DNA of 64,000 bases from Candidatus Marinacidobacterales bacterium (GCA_965226495.1 OZ245365.1:4928001-4992000), one strand, 5' to 3'; shown: positions 9,517 to 19,971, counted from the stretch's first letter. Notes: generated by a model not told the origin, from the sequence alone. Numbers and translations are program-made.

Positions 9517-11346
9517 CTATTTCGGAATCTTTGCCTTGATCTCTGCGATCTCTTTTTGGATGAGAGCCTCAGCCAAGTCGGGAACGACCTCCCACGCGAT
9601 TTCCTGAATCACTTTCTCCGAAAGTTGGGATAGGACCTTCTTCGCTATCTTGTCGGCTAGCTCGTCCATATCCTTATCCCCAATCGCCGCCGCAGAAAGT
9701 TCATCGCCAACAGATACCGATGGAGGCGAAACCCCTTGCGTCGAGCCTTCATCCACTCCCGCAGGTGTCTCGGGCAGACCGCCCGACGGGGGAACCGTCG
9801 GTGCGAGCTCAGCGAAAGGCTCGTCTTCAACGACAGGTTCAGCCGGTGCAAACTGTGCTGGCGGGGAAGCCTCGACCGGTGGAGCCGGAGGAATCGGGTC
9901 CGGAGTAAAAGTTGGCGTCGGCGAAGGGGGTGTCGGCGCAACTGGAACGGGCGGGGCAGACGGTACGGGCTCGTCCATCATGCCACTTCCGGCTTGGTCG
10001 GTAACTCCCGGAGGCGCTTGCTGGGCGGCGGTAAAGTCATCGAAGCCACCAAAGTCTCCAAGTGGAGTAAGCTCTGGCTCCGCCGATTCGGATCCTCCTC
10101 CAATACCTGGTTCATCACTGGCTCCGGCCGCCTGTTCAGATTGTCCAGCCTGTCCAGATTGTCCAAATGAACCCGGCGGTTCGGGCTGTACCGGTGGCGC
10201 GGGTTCGTCCGGCCCGGGGATCACCCAAGGGTTTTCCCCACTCGGAGCGTCGCTTCCCGATGAAGGAAGCTCGGTGACGCCCGCGTTCATAAGAACACCC
10301 GGAACATCCTCCGGCCCCTGGACGTCCTTGCTCTCAACCGGATCGATGGTGTCGGGCGTCACAAATCCTGGAGGTTCTTCCATTACAGGCATTGCAGGCG
10401 GCGCTTCGGGCGCCGGAGGAGCCTGTAGAGGCTCGGGAACTATCGGAGCCGACATCATGACAGTCTGGCTTTCCTCGTCGACAACGGGAGGAGCCGAAGG
10501 TGTCGGTTCGCTCGGTTCGCTCGGTGCGCTCTGAACTTCGTCCCAGATATCGTCCGTGGAACCGCCGGCCGGTTCCTGGCCCAGAAACATCGTGCGATCA
10601 TCGGAATCGACGGAAAGCTCACGTTCTCCCGCTTCCACCGCAAAATTCTCTTGGAAACCCGCACCTTCCGGCGGAGCAGAAGGGACAACTGGTTCAGGGG
10701 TTGCGGGCGGTATGTCAGAAACAGGAGACACCGGGGCCTCTGTCACTTGGGGCGGCGGAGTGGCCGCGGGAGGGAATACTCCTGCTCCCATGTCGGGTGA
10801 CATCATGACGGTCGCGTCGATTGGGTCGTCAATCGGTGCAGGGGGTGCAGAGGCTGCAGGCGGTCCAGGAGGTGCCGCGAATGGTGCGGGGGTTCCCGGA
10901 GTCACCGTTGGCGGATCCTGGGAAAGCGGAGCCGGTGCCGGCTCGCTGGCCGGAATTCCATCGCTCGCTGCCAGGGTGGGCGTGCTCAGAAGCTCTTTCA
11001 CTTTAGAAATCAGTGTCTGTGGCTCGAACGGCTTAGCCAAGAAGCCGTCACAGCCGGCCTTTTTCGCCCGGTCCTGGTCAAAGGGCTCGAAGGCTCCGGT
11101 GAGAAGTAGCACCGGGATGTGTTTCAGGTCGTCGCTGGTCTTAATGTGCTCGCAAACTTCGTAGCCGCTCTTTTCCGGCATGATGATGTCGCAGAGGACG
11201 ATGTCCGGCTTGACCGTCCGGATCTCCTCGATAGCCTTCTGCCCATTACCGACGGTATGGAGCTCGAAATCTTCATCCGTGAAGGTCAGCTCAATGACCT
11301 TCTGTATAGTGATGCTATCGTCGGCGAGCAGGATCTTGTGTCCCAT
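9517..11346 (-). CDS. romR: RomR-like response regulator (receiver, long Pro/acidic linker, conserved C-terminal helix)
   Basis: N-terminal REC (LLADDS, CDIIMP, AKPF), long Pro-rich linker and C-terminal EIAWEVVPDLAEALIQKEI resembling the RomR C-motif. Confidence 0.75.
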   Translation of the reverse strand: MGHKILLADDSITIQKVIELTFTDEDFELHTVGNGQKAIEEIRTVKPDIVLCDIIMPEKSGYEVCEHIKTSDDLKHIPVLLLTGAFEPFDQDRAKKAGCDGFLAKPFEPQTLISKVKELLSTPTLAASDGIPASEPAPAPLSQDPPTVTPGTPAPFAAPPGPPAASAPPAPIDDPIDATVMMSPDMGAGVFPPAATPPPQVTEAPVSPVSDIPPATPEPVVPSAPPEGAGFQENFAVEAGERELSVDSDDRTMFLGQEPAGGSTDDIWDEVQSAPSEPSEPTPSAPPVVDEESQTVMMSAPIVPEPLQAPPAPEAPPAMPVMEEPPGFVTPDTIDPVESKDVQGPEDVPGVLMNAGVTELPSSGSDAPSGENPWVIPGPDEPAPPVQPEPPGSFGQSGQAGQSEQAAGASDEPGIGGGSESAEPELTPLGDFGGFDDFTAAQQAPPGVTDQAGSGMMDEPVPSAPPVPVAPTPPSPTPTFTPDPIPPAPPVEASPPAQFAPAEPVVEDEPFAELAPTVPPSGGLPETPAGVDEGSTQGVSPPSVSVGDELSAAAIGDKDMDELADKIAKKVLSQLSEKVIQEIAWEVVPDLAEALIQKEIAEIKAKIPK

Positions 11347-11423
11347 CGCCCCTCCTAGCGGCTCCTAGATGCCTTAAGCCGGAATGGTTAGTTTTTGGCA
11401 AACGCCTCGTCGAAATTCTAGAA

Positions 11424-11452
11424 AGACTATCATGCCGGGCCCTAACTGTCAA
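11424..11452 (-). promoter_or_regulatory. Sigma70-type promoter for romR-valS operon
   Basis: Minus strand TTGACA-17 nt-TAGTCT with extended -10 TG. Confidence 0.6.
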
Positions 11453-11545
11453 GTGGACGTGGGTCGTAATCCCTTTCGTACCCGTGGGATAGGCTCGCAG
11501 GCCGGATTTGGCGTGCTCGCGTAGGATTTCCCCCTCAGTCGCCCC

Positions 11546-11959
11546 TCAGTCCGATGTCAGCTTCTGACGCAGAAAGTCGACGACGGCATCCAATTGGCTT
11601 CCAGGCTGGAACACCTGGGAAACACCCAGCTTGCGAAGGTGCGGTATGTCCTGATCCGGCACGATGCCTCCCACGAACACTAGGACGTCCTCCATTCCCT
11701 TTTCTTTCAGTAGTTCCATGACCCTGCTGAGCAGATAGTTATGGGCTCCGGAGAGAATCGATATTCCAATCGCTTGGACGTCCTCCTGCAGCGCTGCCTC
11801 CACGATTTGCTCCGGAGTCTGGCGGAGTCCGGTGTACACGACTTCCATCCCTGCATCGCGGAGCGCCCGTGCAACGACCAGTGCCCCGCGGTCGTGTCCG
11901 TCCAAGCCGGGCTTGGCGATGAGAACTTTTGCCGGAGTGGATTGGGTTTTGGCAGGCAT
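11546..11959 (-). CDS. Cobalamin B12-binding domain protein (acyl-CoA mutase small subunit)
   Basis: [10 protein letters not shown] (DxHxxG), SILSGAH and VGGIVP. Confidence 0.92.
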   Translation of the reverse strand: MPAKTQSTPAKVLIAKPGLDGHDRGALVVARALRDAGMEVVYTGLRQTPEQIVEAALQEDVQAIGISILSGAHNYLLSRVMELLKEKGMEDVLVFVGGIVPDQDIPHLRKLGVSQVFQPGSQLDAVVDFLRQKLTSD

Positions 11960-11973
11960 GATGACACGGCTTC

Positions 11974-14900
11974 TTACATGGCGCGGCGGTACTGGCCCCC
12001 CACCTCATAGAGAGCGTGAGTAATCTGGCCGAGGCTTGCAACTCGAACCGCCTCCATCAACTCTGCAAACACGTTGCCTCCGCAAAGGGCTTGCTTTTTC
12101 AATCGGTCCAATACTTCCGGGACCTCAGAGCGATTCCGATCGTGGAAAGTGCGAAGATTGTCGATCTGCCGACGTTTCTCCTCCGTGGTGGCTCGGGCCA
12201 ATTCGACATCCCTCGGTGCCAAACCTTCATCAGATTCGGGATCGATGAACGTGTTCACTCCGACGATAGGGATCTCTCCGCTATCCTTCTTCAGTTCATA
12301 CAGTAGCGATTCTTCCTGAATGCGACCCCGCTGATACTGCGATTCCATCGCCCCCAGCACCCCTCCTCGCTCGTTCAGCCGATCGAACTCGGCGAGCACT
12401 GCTTCCTCCACCAGGTCGGTCAACTCCTCCATGAAGTACGAGCCCTGCAAAGGATTCTCGTTCAAGCTGACGCCGAACTCACGGTTGATGATCTGCTGGA
12501 TGGCCATCGCGCGACGTACCGATTCGGCAGTGGGGGTAGTGATGGCCTCGTCGTAGGCATTCGTATGTAGAGAATTGCAGTTGTCGTAGACCGCGGCTAG
12601 CGCCTGCAATGTCGTGCGGATATCGTTGAACTGAATTTCTTGAGAATGCAGGGAGCGGCCGGAGGTTTGTATGTGGTACTTGAACATCTGGCTGCGCTCG
12701 TTGGCGCCGTATCGCGCTTTCAGCACGCGCGACCAAATGCGTCGCGCCACCCGCCCCATCACTGAGTACTCGGGATCCAGCCCGTTGCTAAAGAAGAAGG
12801 AGAGGTTGAGGGCGAGCTCATCGATCTTCATCCCCCGAGCCAAATAGTACTCGACGTAGGTGAATCCATTTGCCAGCGTGAAGGCGAGCTGCGTTATCGG
12901 ATTCGCGCCGGCTTCGGCAATGTGGTAACCAGATATCGAGACCGAATAGAAGTTGCGCACGTTTTGGTCGATGAAGTACTGCTGGACATCACCCATCAGT
13001 TTCAGCGAGAACTCGGTCGAGAGGATGCAGGTGTTTTGAGCCTGGTCTTCCTTGAGAATGTCCGCCTGCACGGTTCCCCGCACCACGTTCAAAGTGTCTT
13101 GTCGTATGCGCTCGAGCTCCTTCGACTTAGGCTCCCGACCTTCCTTCTCAAGAAACTTCTCCACCTCTTGGTCGATCGCGGTGTTGAAGAACATCGCGAG
13201 AATCGTCGGTGCGGGTCCGTTGATCGTCATCGAGACGCTGGTTAATGGATTTGTCAGCTCGAACCGCGCATAGAGTTTTTTCATGTCGTCGAGCGTGGCA
13301 ATGGAAACACCGCCCTCGCCGATCTTCCCGTAGATGTCCGGTCGTTCGTCCGGATCCTCGCCGTACAGTGTGACGCTATCGAATGCGGTGGACAGGCGTT
13401 TCGCTTCGTCGTTGCGACTCAAAAAATGAAAGCGCCGGTTCGTCCGCTCCGGCCCGCCTTCCCCGGCAAACTGCCGACGCGGCGACTCTTCTTTTCGCTT
13501 GAAAGGATAGACCCCGGAAGTGTAGGGAAATGTCCCGGGCACGTTTTCCTTGAGCTGAAACTTGAGAATCTCACCCCAGTCTTCGAAGCGTGGAAGGGCT
13601 ACTCGGGGGATACGAGTATTGGAGAAGGTCTGGGTGCTCGTCGGAACTTCAACTTTCCGATCTCGAACACCGAAGGAAAAGGTCTCTTCCTCATAGGCTC
13701 GACGAAGCTCCGCCCAGCCCTGAATAAGCTCCCAACACTCGGGCTCCAATTCCTTCCGTAACACTTCGAATCGGTTGTCGATCCCTTGCCGCACTCGCTC
13801 GTCCTCGCACTCCCGGCTCGCCCCATCGAGTTGGTAGAGGCGTCGCGCTATCGCTACTTGCTTCTCTACCCAATCTCGCTTCGTGCGAAGCGCTTCGGCG
13901 ATCTCGCCCAGGTATCGCACTCGGGATTCCGGGATGATCGGGTGTCGTTCTCCGGTGACAACACCATCCGGAACCGTCAGCGAAGATTTCAATGGACGGT
14001 TTAGTTGTTCACCCAGGCGGTTCAACAACGCCAAGTAGAGCGCGGTCACCCCGCGGTCTCCGAATTGGCTGGCGATGGTGCCGAAGACGGGCAGTTGCGA
14101 ACCCTCCACTTCGCGTGGAAAGTCCCTGGTACGGCGAATCTGTCGACGCACGTCGCGCAGTGCGTCCTCGCTGCCCCGTCGATCGAATTTATTGATGGCG
14201 ATCAGATCGGCATGATCGAGCATCTCGATCTTCTCGAGCTGTGACGGGGCCCCGTACTCCGACGTCATCACGTAGAGACTCACGTCAGATATATCGACTA
14301 CCGCAGATGCCCCCTGTCCGATTCCGCTCGTCTCCACGAGAATCAGCTCAAAGCCGGAGGCCTTGAGAATTTGGATCGCCTGCCGCGTGGCCTCGGAAAG
14401 CTCGAAGCCCGATCCACGGGTGGCCAGACTTCGCATGTAGATGCTGGGATGATTGATGGCGTTCATGCGGATGCGATCTCCCAAGAGCGCTCCCCCAGAC
14501 TTTCGCTTCGAGGGATCGACCGACAGGATCCCGACCCGCAGCGCGGGGAAATCCATCTCCAGTCGACGAATGAGCTCGTCGGTAAGGGAGCTCTTGCCCG
14601 CTCCGCCGGTCCCGGTGATCCCTACGACGGGAACGCAGCGCTCGGCGGCTTTCTCTTGCAGCACTTTGGCCCATGCGGCCGAGATGCCCGGCCCTCCCCC
14701 ATTGAGCTCCGCCAGCGTGATGAGGCGAGCCAGAACGCCATGGCTCCCTAACGTTGCCATGTCCCCGTCCAGAGAAGGTGGTTTAAGAGGAAAGTCCGCC
14801 GCCTCCAACATGTCGTTGATGATGCCCTTGAGTCCAAAACGTCGGCCGTCCTCGGGCGAGTAGATCTTAGTGACGCCGTACTCTTCGAGGGCGCGAATCT

Positions 14901-15225
14901 CGCTGGGCACAATGACGCCACCACCGCCGCCGAAGACCTTGACGTAAGGCGCGCCTCGCTCTCGCAACAGATCGACGAGGTAGCGGAAGAACTCGTTGTG
15001 CCCTCCCTGATAGGAGCTGATCGCCACCGCCTGAACATCTTCTTCGATGACGGACTCCACGATCTCGGCCACCGATCGATTGTGGCCCAAGTGAATAACT
15101 TCCGCGCCGCCGCGCTGCAAGAGGCGACGGATGATGCTGATCGATGCGTCGTGACCATCGAAGAGCGAGGCAGCGGTGACAAACCGGACCTTGTTTTGTG
15201 GAACGTACGTGGAAGTTGCGGGCAT
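11974..15225 (-). CDS. icmF: Fused isobutyryl-CoA mutase / MeaI GTPase
   Basis: B12 domain (FDGHDAS), P-loop [13 protein letters not shown] and mutase barrel with RQFAGEG (Phe, ICM-type); 1083 aa. Confidence 0.95.
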   Translation of the reverse strand: MPATSTYVPQNKVRFVTAASLFDGHDASISIIRRLLQRGGAEVIHLGHNRSVAEIVESVIEEDVQAVAISSYQGGHNEFFRYLVDLLRERGAPYVKVFGGGGGVIVPSEIRALEEYGVTKIYSPEDGRRFGLKGIINDMLEAADFPLKPPSLDGDMATLGSHGVLARLITLAELNGGGPGISAAWAKVLQEKAAERCVPVVGITGTGGAGKSSLTDELIRRLEMDFPALRVGILSVDPSKRKSGGALLGDRIRMNAINHPSIYMRSLATRGSGFELSEATRQAIQILKASGFELILVETSGIGQGASAVVDISDVSLYVMTSEYGAPSQLEKIEMLDHADLIAINKFDRRGSEDALRDVRRQIRRTRDFPREVEGSQLPVFGTIASQFGDRGVTALYLALLNRLGEQLNRPLKSSLTVPDGVVTGERHPIIPESRVRYLGEIAEALRTKRDWVEKQVAIARRLYQLDGASRECEDERVRQGIDNRFEVLRKELEPECWELIQGWAELRRAYEEETFSFGVRDRKVEVPTSTQTFSNTRIPRVALPRFEDWGEILKFQLKENVPGTFPYTSGVYPFKRKEESPRRQFAGEGGPERTNRRFHFLSRNDEAKRLSTAFDSVTLYGEDPDERPDIYGKIGEGGVSIATLDDMKKLYARFELTNPLTSVSMTINGPAPTILAMFFNTAIDQEVEKFLEKEGREPKSKELERIRQDTLNVVRGTVQADILKEDQAQNTCILSTEFSLKLMGDVQQYFIDQNVRNFYSVSISGYHIAEAGANPITQLAFTLANGFTYVEYYLARGMKIDELALNLSFFFSNGLDPEYSVMGRVARRIWSRVLKARYGANERSQMFKYHIQTSGRSLHSQEIQFNDIRTTLQALAAVYDNCNSLHTNAYDEAITTPTAESVRRAMAIQQIINREFGVSLNENPLQGSYFMEELTDLVEEAVLAEFDRLNERGGVLGAMESQYQRGRIQEESLLYELKKDSGEIPIVGVNTFIDPESDEGLAPRDVELARATTEEKRRQIDNLRTFHDRNRSEVPEVLDRLKKQALCGGNVFAELMEAVRVASLGQITHALYEVGGQYRRAM

Positions 15226-15280
15226 CTTTTTGTACTAGTCTCGCTCGCCCCTTGCTTGTGCTAGGCGCTCGTCTTCACTT

Positions 15281-15490
15281 AATGGCGCGGGGCCCCACCC
15301 CCACGCCTCATCCTCCGTCGCCCTCGATCAATCGGGGCCTCACTCTTCGTTCGGCCCCTGGCCTCCGCTCGACAGGCATCGCTGCGGCCGGCGGGCGACT
15401 GCGCATGGGCTCATGGCTGCGCTCGGCCCCTTTCGTCGGCCGGGTTCCCTCGCGCCTTCGGCACGATTCCTCCCGGCCGGGGAAACCGTC
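15281..15490. repeat. GC-rich multi-hairpin REP/MITE-like element upstream of icmF
   Basis: Stems GGGGCC/GGCCCC (15334-15358) and CGGCCGGG/CCCGGCCG (15437-15479), the latter with an internal GCC-TTC-GGC hairpin. Single copy in window. Confidence 0.45.
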
Positions 15491-15521
15491 AAATCATTGA
15501 AACCAAACGCCTTCTCTAGCA

Positions 15522-15551
15522 ATCATAGTCAGCGGGCACTCGCGGTGTCAA
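15522..15551 (-). promoter_or_regulatory. Sigma70-type promoter upstream of icmF
   Basis: Minus strand TTGACA-18 nt-TATGAT. Confidence 0.55.
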
Positions 15552-15585
15552 CCTCACGTGGCTCACGTGACTCACGTGGCTCACT
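15552..15585. repeat. 9-bp tandem repeat (NCTCACGTG x3-4) at cyclase stop codon
   Basis: cctcacgtg gctcacgtg actcacgtg gctcact read directly. Confidence 0.85.
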
Positions 15586-17422
15586 CGCCGTAATCGACGC
15601 TATAAACGGGCAGAGATCCCCAGACTCCCTTGAACTTGGCCTCGCCCACGTAGCGTAAGTACACGGTCTTCTTGGCGCTCGGATCGTAGAACTCTCCGTA
15701 AAGGTCCTGCACCTCGTCATGGCGTGTGAGTGGCAGTACTTCCTCGATGGCGCGAACGGTCTCTCGGCTGACTGCGATTCCCTCGTTGAAGAGAGAACCC
15801 GTTCCATCAATTCTCACGAGCGCCGGGCTCTCTCCCTCGTCAGAGGGCTGGCTATCGGGGTCCCCGTCCTCGGCGCGCTGGGGCGCTTCGTCGGAGACCG
15901 CTTCCTCCGATTTGGAGGCCGAGGATAGTCGGCCCGCCACATTGACATTTCGTCCGATCACGGTGGTGTCTTGGCCACCAGAGCTTCCAATGAAGTGGGC
16001 GAGATAGACTCGTCCATGATGGATGCTAACGCCCATCGTGAATTTCGTCTGACCTTCCTTCCGTAGTTCCGCAATCTTCTCCTGTAACAGGATCGCTGTG
16101 CGGAGGGCGTTGAGCGCTCCATAGCGTGAGCTGTGGCCCGCACCGAAGGTGATCATCATCCCGTCGCCGAGAAACTTATCGACCTCACCACCGAAACGAT
16201 CGATGATCTCGATGAACCGATCGAATACCGCGTAGAGCTCCCGCGTGAGATCGCGCTCCGAGACCAAACCCTCGGAGGTCTTCGTGAATCCACGCAGATC
16301 CAGAAACATCACCGTGGCGTTGACGGCGTTTCCGCTGACCTCCACCGACTCGGAGTAACGGTAGAAGCGAACCGGCCCGAACTGCTCGTAGATCTGCGCC
16401 TCGGTCGTGAGGGACGGAAGTAATCGGATGTGGTCTCGCACGTGAGATATGATCTCAAACCTCTGCACGGCCTGTGCGAGCTCGTCGAACGCGTCCAGCA
16501 GCGTCAACGGATTAACCCCCGCATCCACTTGGGCCTTGAAAACACGGGAGCGCGCCAACTTGCTTCCTAACTCCCAGGCATCGGAAAGAAGATGTCGTCG
16601 CATCTCGGCGTTGAACAGCATTCTCGTCATGTGGGCCGGGAGGAGATAGCTTTGCCTTTCTAGGGATGGAAGATGGCGGGCCACCTTTGCCAAGAAAAGT
16701 GGATCTTCCGTCAGCACGCGCGCCTCAATCTCCTTATAGAGAAGATCGTAGACCTCCGAGAAGACTTCGACCGAAATACGGTAGCGGCTATTGTTGGGAA
16801 GGATGGCCGCGAAATCCACCTCCCCCACATCGGTGAGCGTTAGGGGAAGTTGGTCGTCGATGATGGCGTCGGCCAGTGAGACCTGGACGTACCGACCCAG
16901 CAGGAATCTCAAGAACCCCGGGCGGCCTTGTTCGACCTGCCGGCAGGCGGCCTGCCAAACCTTACGGAGAAAACTTGCCAACAGAGGATGGATGGCGAAC
17001 CTCGCACGCTGCAGAGTCGGCGTCGCCGCGGTGAGGCGGGCCATCACGTCCGCGATCTCTTTGGAGTGAGACAGCCAGAACAAATTTACCAGCCCGACGC
17101 GCCGATCTTGCATGAGGGAATTGACCAGCGTGCGTTCGAGCAGGCCGGCGTAGTCGTCCTCGGCCCGGGCAGGAGCGGGACCGACGCCTTCGCGTTTCGC
17201 TTCTGGACAGATCTCCAGCAGAAGATGAGTTAGATAACCCTGGGCGAATCTTTGTAGGTGGGGGTGATGCTGGACGTAATAGACGATTTCTTCCCGCTCG
17301 GCGAGCTCACCAGCGGGAAGAGGAGGTAGGCTACCCCCGAGAAGCCGCTCGGCTTCTTCCTGGCTACCCTCGATAAATCGGGTCGGGGCGAAACCCTTGA
17401 CCAAGGGAGATGGATACGCCAT
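15581..17422 (-). CDS. Class III adenylate/guanylate cyclase with uncharacterised N-terminal domain
   Basis: FLDLRGFT, VDKFLGDG and TVIGRNVNVAGRL: both metal Asp, Lys, Thr, Asn and Arg are present. Confidence 0.88.
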   Translation of the reverse strand: MAYPSPLVKGFAPTRFIEGSQEEAERLLGGSLPPLPAGELAEREEIVYYVQHHPHLQRFAQGYLTHLLLEICPEAKREGVGPAPARAEDDYAGLLERTLVNSLMQDRRVGLVNLFWLSHSKEIADVMARLTAATPTLQRARFAIHPLLASFLRKVWQAACRQVEQGRPGFLRFLLGRYVQVSLADAIIDDQLPLTLTDVGEVDFAAILPNNSRYRISVEVFSEVYDLLYKEIEARVLTEDPLFLAKVARHLPSLERQSYLLPAHMTRMLFNAEMRRHLLSDAWELGSKLARSRVFKAQVDAGVNPLTLLDAFDELAQAVQRFEIISHVRDHIRLLPSLTTEAQIYEQFGPVRFYRYSESVEVSGNAVNATVMFLDLRGFTKTSEGLVSERDLTRELYAVFDRFIEIIDRFGGEVDKFLGDGMMITFGAGHSSRYGALNALRTAILLQEKIAELRKEGQTKFTMGVSIHHGRVYLAHFIGSSGGQDTTVIGRNVNVAGRLSSASKSEEAVSDEAPQRAEDGDPDSQPSDEGESPALVRIDGTGSLFNEGIAVSRETVRAIEEVLPLTRHDEVQDLYGEFYDPSAKKTVYLRYVGEAKFKGVWGSLPVYSVDYGE

Positions 17423-17479
17423 GAAGAGAGCTGGGCCGCCTGGGGCTTCCCCGAAAATGACGAGCGCGCCCGGCGCCCC

Positions 17480-17761
17480 CTACTGTTCGTTGTTGATGAG
17501 CTCTTTGAGTTCCTTACCCGGCTTGAAATAAGGGACTTTCTTGGCGGGCACGTCTACTCTCTCACCGGTCTTCGGGTTGCGCCCCTTGCGGGACTCCCGT
17601 TGCCGGATCCGAAAGCTCCCGAAGCCGCGGAGCTCGATCTTATCGCCCCGGTGCAGAGCATTGATGATGCTCTTGAAGACGGTGTCCACGATAATCTCGG
17701 AGTGCTTCTTCGTTAGGTCCGAGACTCTGGAAACCTCTTCGATCAATTCGGCTTTAGTCAT
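17480..17761 (-). CDS. ihfB: Integration host factor subunit beta
   Basis: MTKAELI, IELRGFGSF, GRNPKTG, FKPGKEL; follows rpsA. Confidence 0.9.
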   Translation of the reverse strand: MTKAELIEEVSRVSDLTKKHSEIIVDTVFKSIINALHRGDKIELRGFGSFRIRQRESRKGRNPKTGERVDVPAKKVPYFKPGKELKELINNEQ

Positions 17762-17848
17762 CTTCCACGACTCCTTGTTTGTCCCCAGTTAATTTTGCAA
17801 ATCTAGCTAGGTTTTACTCAAGGTTTGCCAAGACCGAATGGCAAGCGT

Positions 17849-19864
17849 TTACCCCTCGTCTTCCTTACTTGGCTTACTTGACTTACCCGGCTTCCCCGCC
17901 TCACCTGTCTCACTTGGCGACTCGGCCTTTTCATCACCGTTCTCCTCGACGGCCTTAGCGGGCTCGGCAGCCTTAGCAGGCCCAGAGGCCTCGGCAGTCT
18001 TAGCAGGCTCAGAGGCCTCGGCAGTCTTAGCAGGCCCAGAGGCCTCAGCAGTCTTAGCAGGCTCAGAGGGTTCCGACGACTCAGCAGATTCTGCGGACGT
18101 AGTAGACGAAAGCCCCGAGCCACTGAAATCGGCGAAATCTCCCAACGTCGCATTGGGCGAGCCGGAGCTCGAGGACTGCGCCTCATACGTAGCGGGATCG
18201 ATGTCCATGTCGACTGCCCGGATGGAAAGCCCGACCTTGCGTTCGCCTTCACTCATCTTGATGATCTTCATGCGATGGGTCTCTCCTACTTCTAACTTGT
18301 CTTCCGGCTTCTCGACTCGTTCTTCATCCAGCTCGGAAACATGGAGCAGACCCTCGACCCCTTCCTCGATCTCCACGAAGGCGCCGAAGTTGGTCAGGCG
18401 CACAATAGTCCCTTCCACGACGTCTCCGACCTTGCGTCTCTGAACGAACTCCTCCCAGACATCGGTGGCCAACTGCTTCAATCCTAGAGATAAACGCTGG
18501 TTGTCAGCATCGATGTTTAGGACTAACGCCTCGACGGTGTCACCCTTCTTCAGCACTTCGGACGGATGTTTGACTCGCTTGCTCCAGGAAAGGTCGGAAA
18601 TGTGAATGAGTCCGTCGATCCCTTCTTCCACTTCCACGAAGGCCCCGAAGTCGGTCAGGTTTCTAACTTTGCCCTCAATGCGTGAGTTCGGTTCGTACTT
18701 CTCGGCAAGGAGCTCCCAAGGGTTGGGCTCAACCTGCTTCAACCCGAGGCTGATGCGGCGCTCGTTCGGATCCACTTGCAGCACCATGGCCTCGACCGGA
18801 TCTCCAACCGAGAGAACCTTGGAGGGGTGCTTGACCCGCTTGCTCCAAGACATTTCGGAAACGTGGATGAGACCCTCGACACCGGGCTCCAGCTCGATGA
18901 AGGCGCCGTAGTCAGTAAGGCTGACCACTTTGCCTTTGACGCGTACCCCGACCGTGAACCTCTGCGAGACCGACTCCCATGGATCAGGACTGAGCTGCTT
19001 GTAGCCAAGCGAGACCCGCTCCGCTTCTCGGTCGAACTTCAGAACCACCACCTCGACCTGATCGCTGACATTGAACAGCTCCGACGGATGGTTGATACGA
19101 CCGTAGGACATATCGGTGATATGGAGGAGCCCGTCGATACCACCGAGATCGATAAAGGCTCCGTAATCTGTGAGGTTCTTGACCACGCCGCGAAAGACCC
19201 GCCCCGCTTCTAGCGCCTCGAGCGTCTTGCCCTTCCGATCGGACAGCTCCTCTTCCAAGACCACCTTACGGGAAAGTACGATGTTCCCGCGCTTCTTGTT
19301 GACCTTGATGACCCGCATCCGGAGCTCCTGCCCCTTCAAACTCTCCAGGTTGCGGACCGGGCGCACATCCACTTGGGAGCCTGGCAGGAAGGCGCGAACG
19401 CCGATGTCCACCGCCAAGCCACCCTTGATTCGTTCGATCACTCGTCCGGTGACAACTTCCTTGCTCTCGTAAGAGGCCTCGATCTGATCCCACACTTTCA
19501 TCTTCTCCGCTTTTTCGCGGCTGAGGATCAGATAACCTTCTTTGTCTTCCGCTTTTTCGAGCAGGACGTCTACATCGTCACCCACCTCGATGGTGAGATT
19601 ACCGAACTGATCCTTAAATTCTTCTACACGTATGAGGCCCTCGGACTTGTATCCGACATCCACTACCACTTCACTAGACGAGATCTGGAGAACTTTCCCC
19701 TTAACTACCTCGCCTTCTGCGATATTGCTATTGTATTGATCGAGGAGCTTCTCGTACTCCTCAATAGGTATGGAATCTTCAGTTTGGCTGTCTAGCATTC
19801 CTGGGTCTGATAGGCTCCCTTCTTCTTCTATTACACTCTTCTCGACGTCGTTGGTTTCAGGCAT
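17849..19864 (-). CDS. rpsA: 30S ribosomal protein S1 with low-complexity C-terminal tail
   Basis: Repeated S1 domains (YGAFIDLGGIDGLLHITD etc.); cmk-rpsA-ihfB order. Confidence 0.97.
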   Translation of the reverse strand: MPETNDVEKSVIEEEGSLSDPGMLDSQTEDSIPIEEYEKLLDQYNSNIAEGEVVKGKVLQISSSEVVVDVGYKSEGLIRVEEFKDQFGNLTIEVGDDVDVLLEKAEDKEGYLILSREKAEKMKVWDQIEASYESKEVVTGRVIERIKGGLAVDIGVRAFLPGSQVDVRPVRNLESLKGQELRMRVIKVNKKRGNIVLSRKVVLEEELSDRKGKTLEALEAGRVFRGVVKNLTDYGAFIDLGGIDGLLHITDMSYGRINHPSELFNVSDQVEVVVLKFDREAERVSLGYKQLSPDPWESVSQRFTVGVRVKGKVVSLTDYGAFIELEPGVEGLIHVSEMSWSKRVKHPSKVLSVGDPVEAMVLQVDPNERRISLGLKQVEPNPWELLAEKYEPNSRIEGKVRNLTDFGAFVEVEEGIDGLIHISDLSWSKRVKHPSEVLKKGDTVEALVLNIDADNQRLSLGLKQLATDVWEEFVQRRKVGDVVEGTIVRLTNFGAFVEIEEGVEGLLHVSELDEERVEKPEDKLEVGETHRMKIIKMSEGERKVGLSIRAVDMDIDPATYEAQSSSSGSPNATLGDFADFSGSGLSSTTSAESAESSEPSEPAKTAEASGPAKTAEASEPAKTAEASGPAKAAEPAKAVEENGDEKAESPSETGEAGKPGKSSKPSKEDEG
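17973..18069. repeat. 27-bp tandem repeat (~3.6 copies) encoding PAKTAEAS[G/E] in rpsA tail
   Basis: Unit ttagcaggc[c/t]cagaggcctc[g/a]gcagtc starts at 17973, 18000, 18027 and 18054. Confidence 0.9.
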
Positions 19865-19971
19865 TAAAGTTTGTTACCTCCCTGCGGATTTTTCGTGTGG
19901 CGATCGAGTGAGACTGGAAGGGGCTAATGACAGTGGCTCGCTTCGCCGGTGCGGCTTTGCCGCAAGCCGTT

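Noticed and set aside
15281-15490. Cobalamin riboswitch upstream of icmF
   Set aside because: Only a GGGAA-like fragment is present; no CCCGC/ACTG core, GCCACTG or AGYCAGRAGACC B12 box is visible.
15581-17422. Pycsar/CBASS anti-phage cyclase
   Set aside because: No adjacent effector gene, adenine-specifying Lys/Thr are present, and the context is housekeeping; the cNMP-binding gene is ~29 kb away.
17973-18069. CRISPR array (27-bp repeats)
   Set aside because: Head-to-tail repeats without spacers, in frame within rpsA; no cas genes.
19865-19970. c-di-GMP-I riboswitch (GGCAAA/GCAAAGCC) in the rpsA leader
   Set aside because: Lacks the GAAA tetraloop, receptor and second hairpin; better explained as an ordinary structured rpsA leader.
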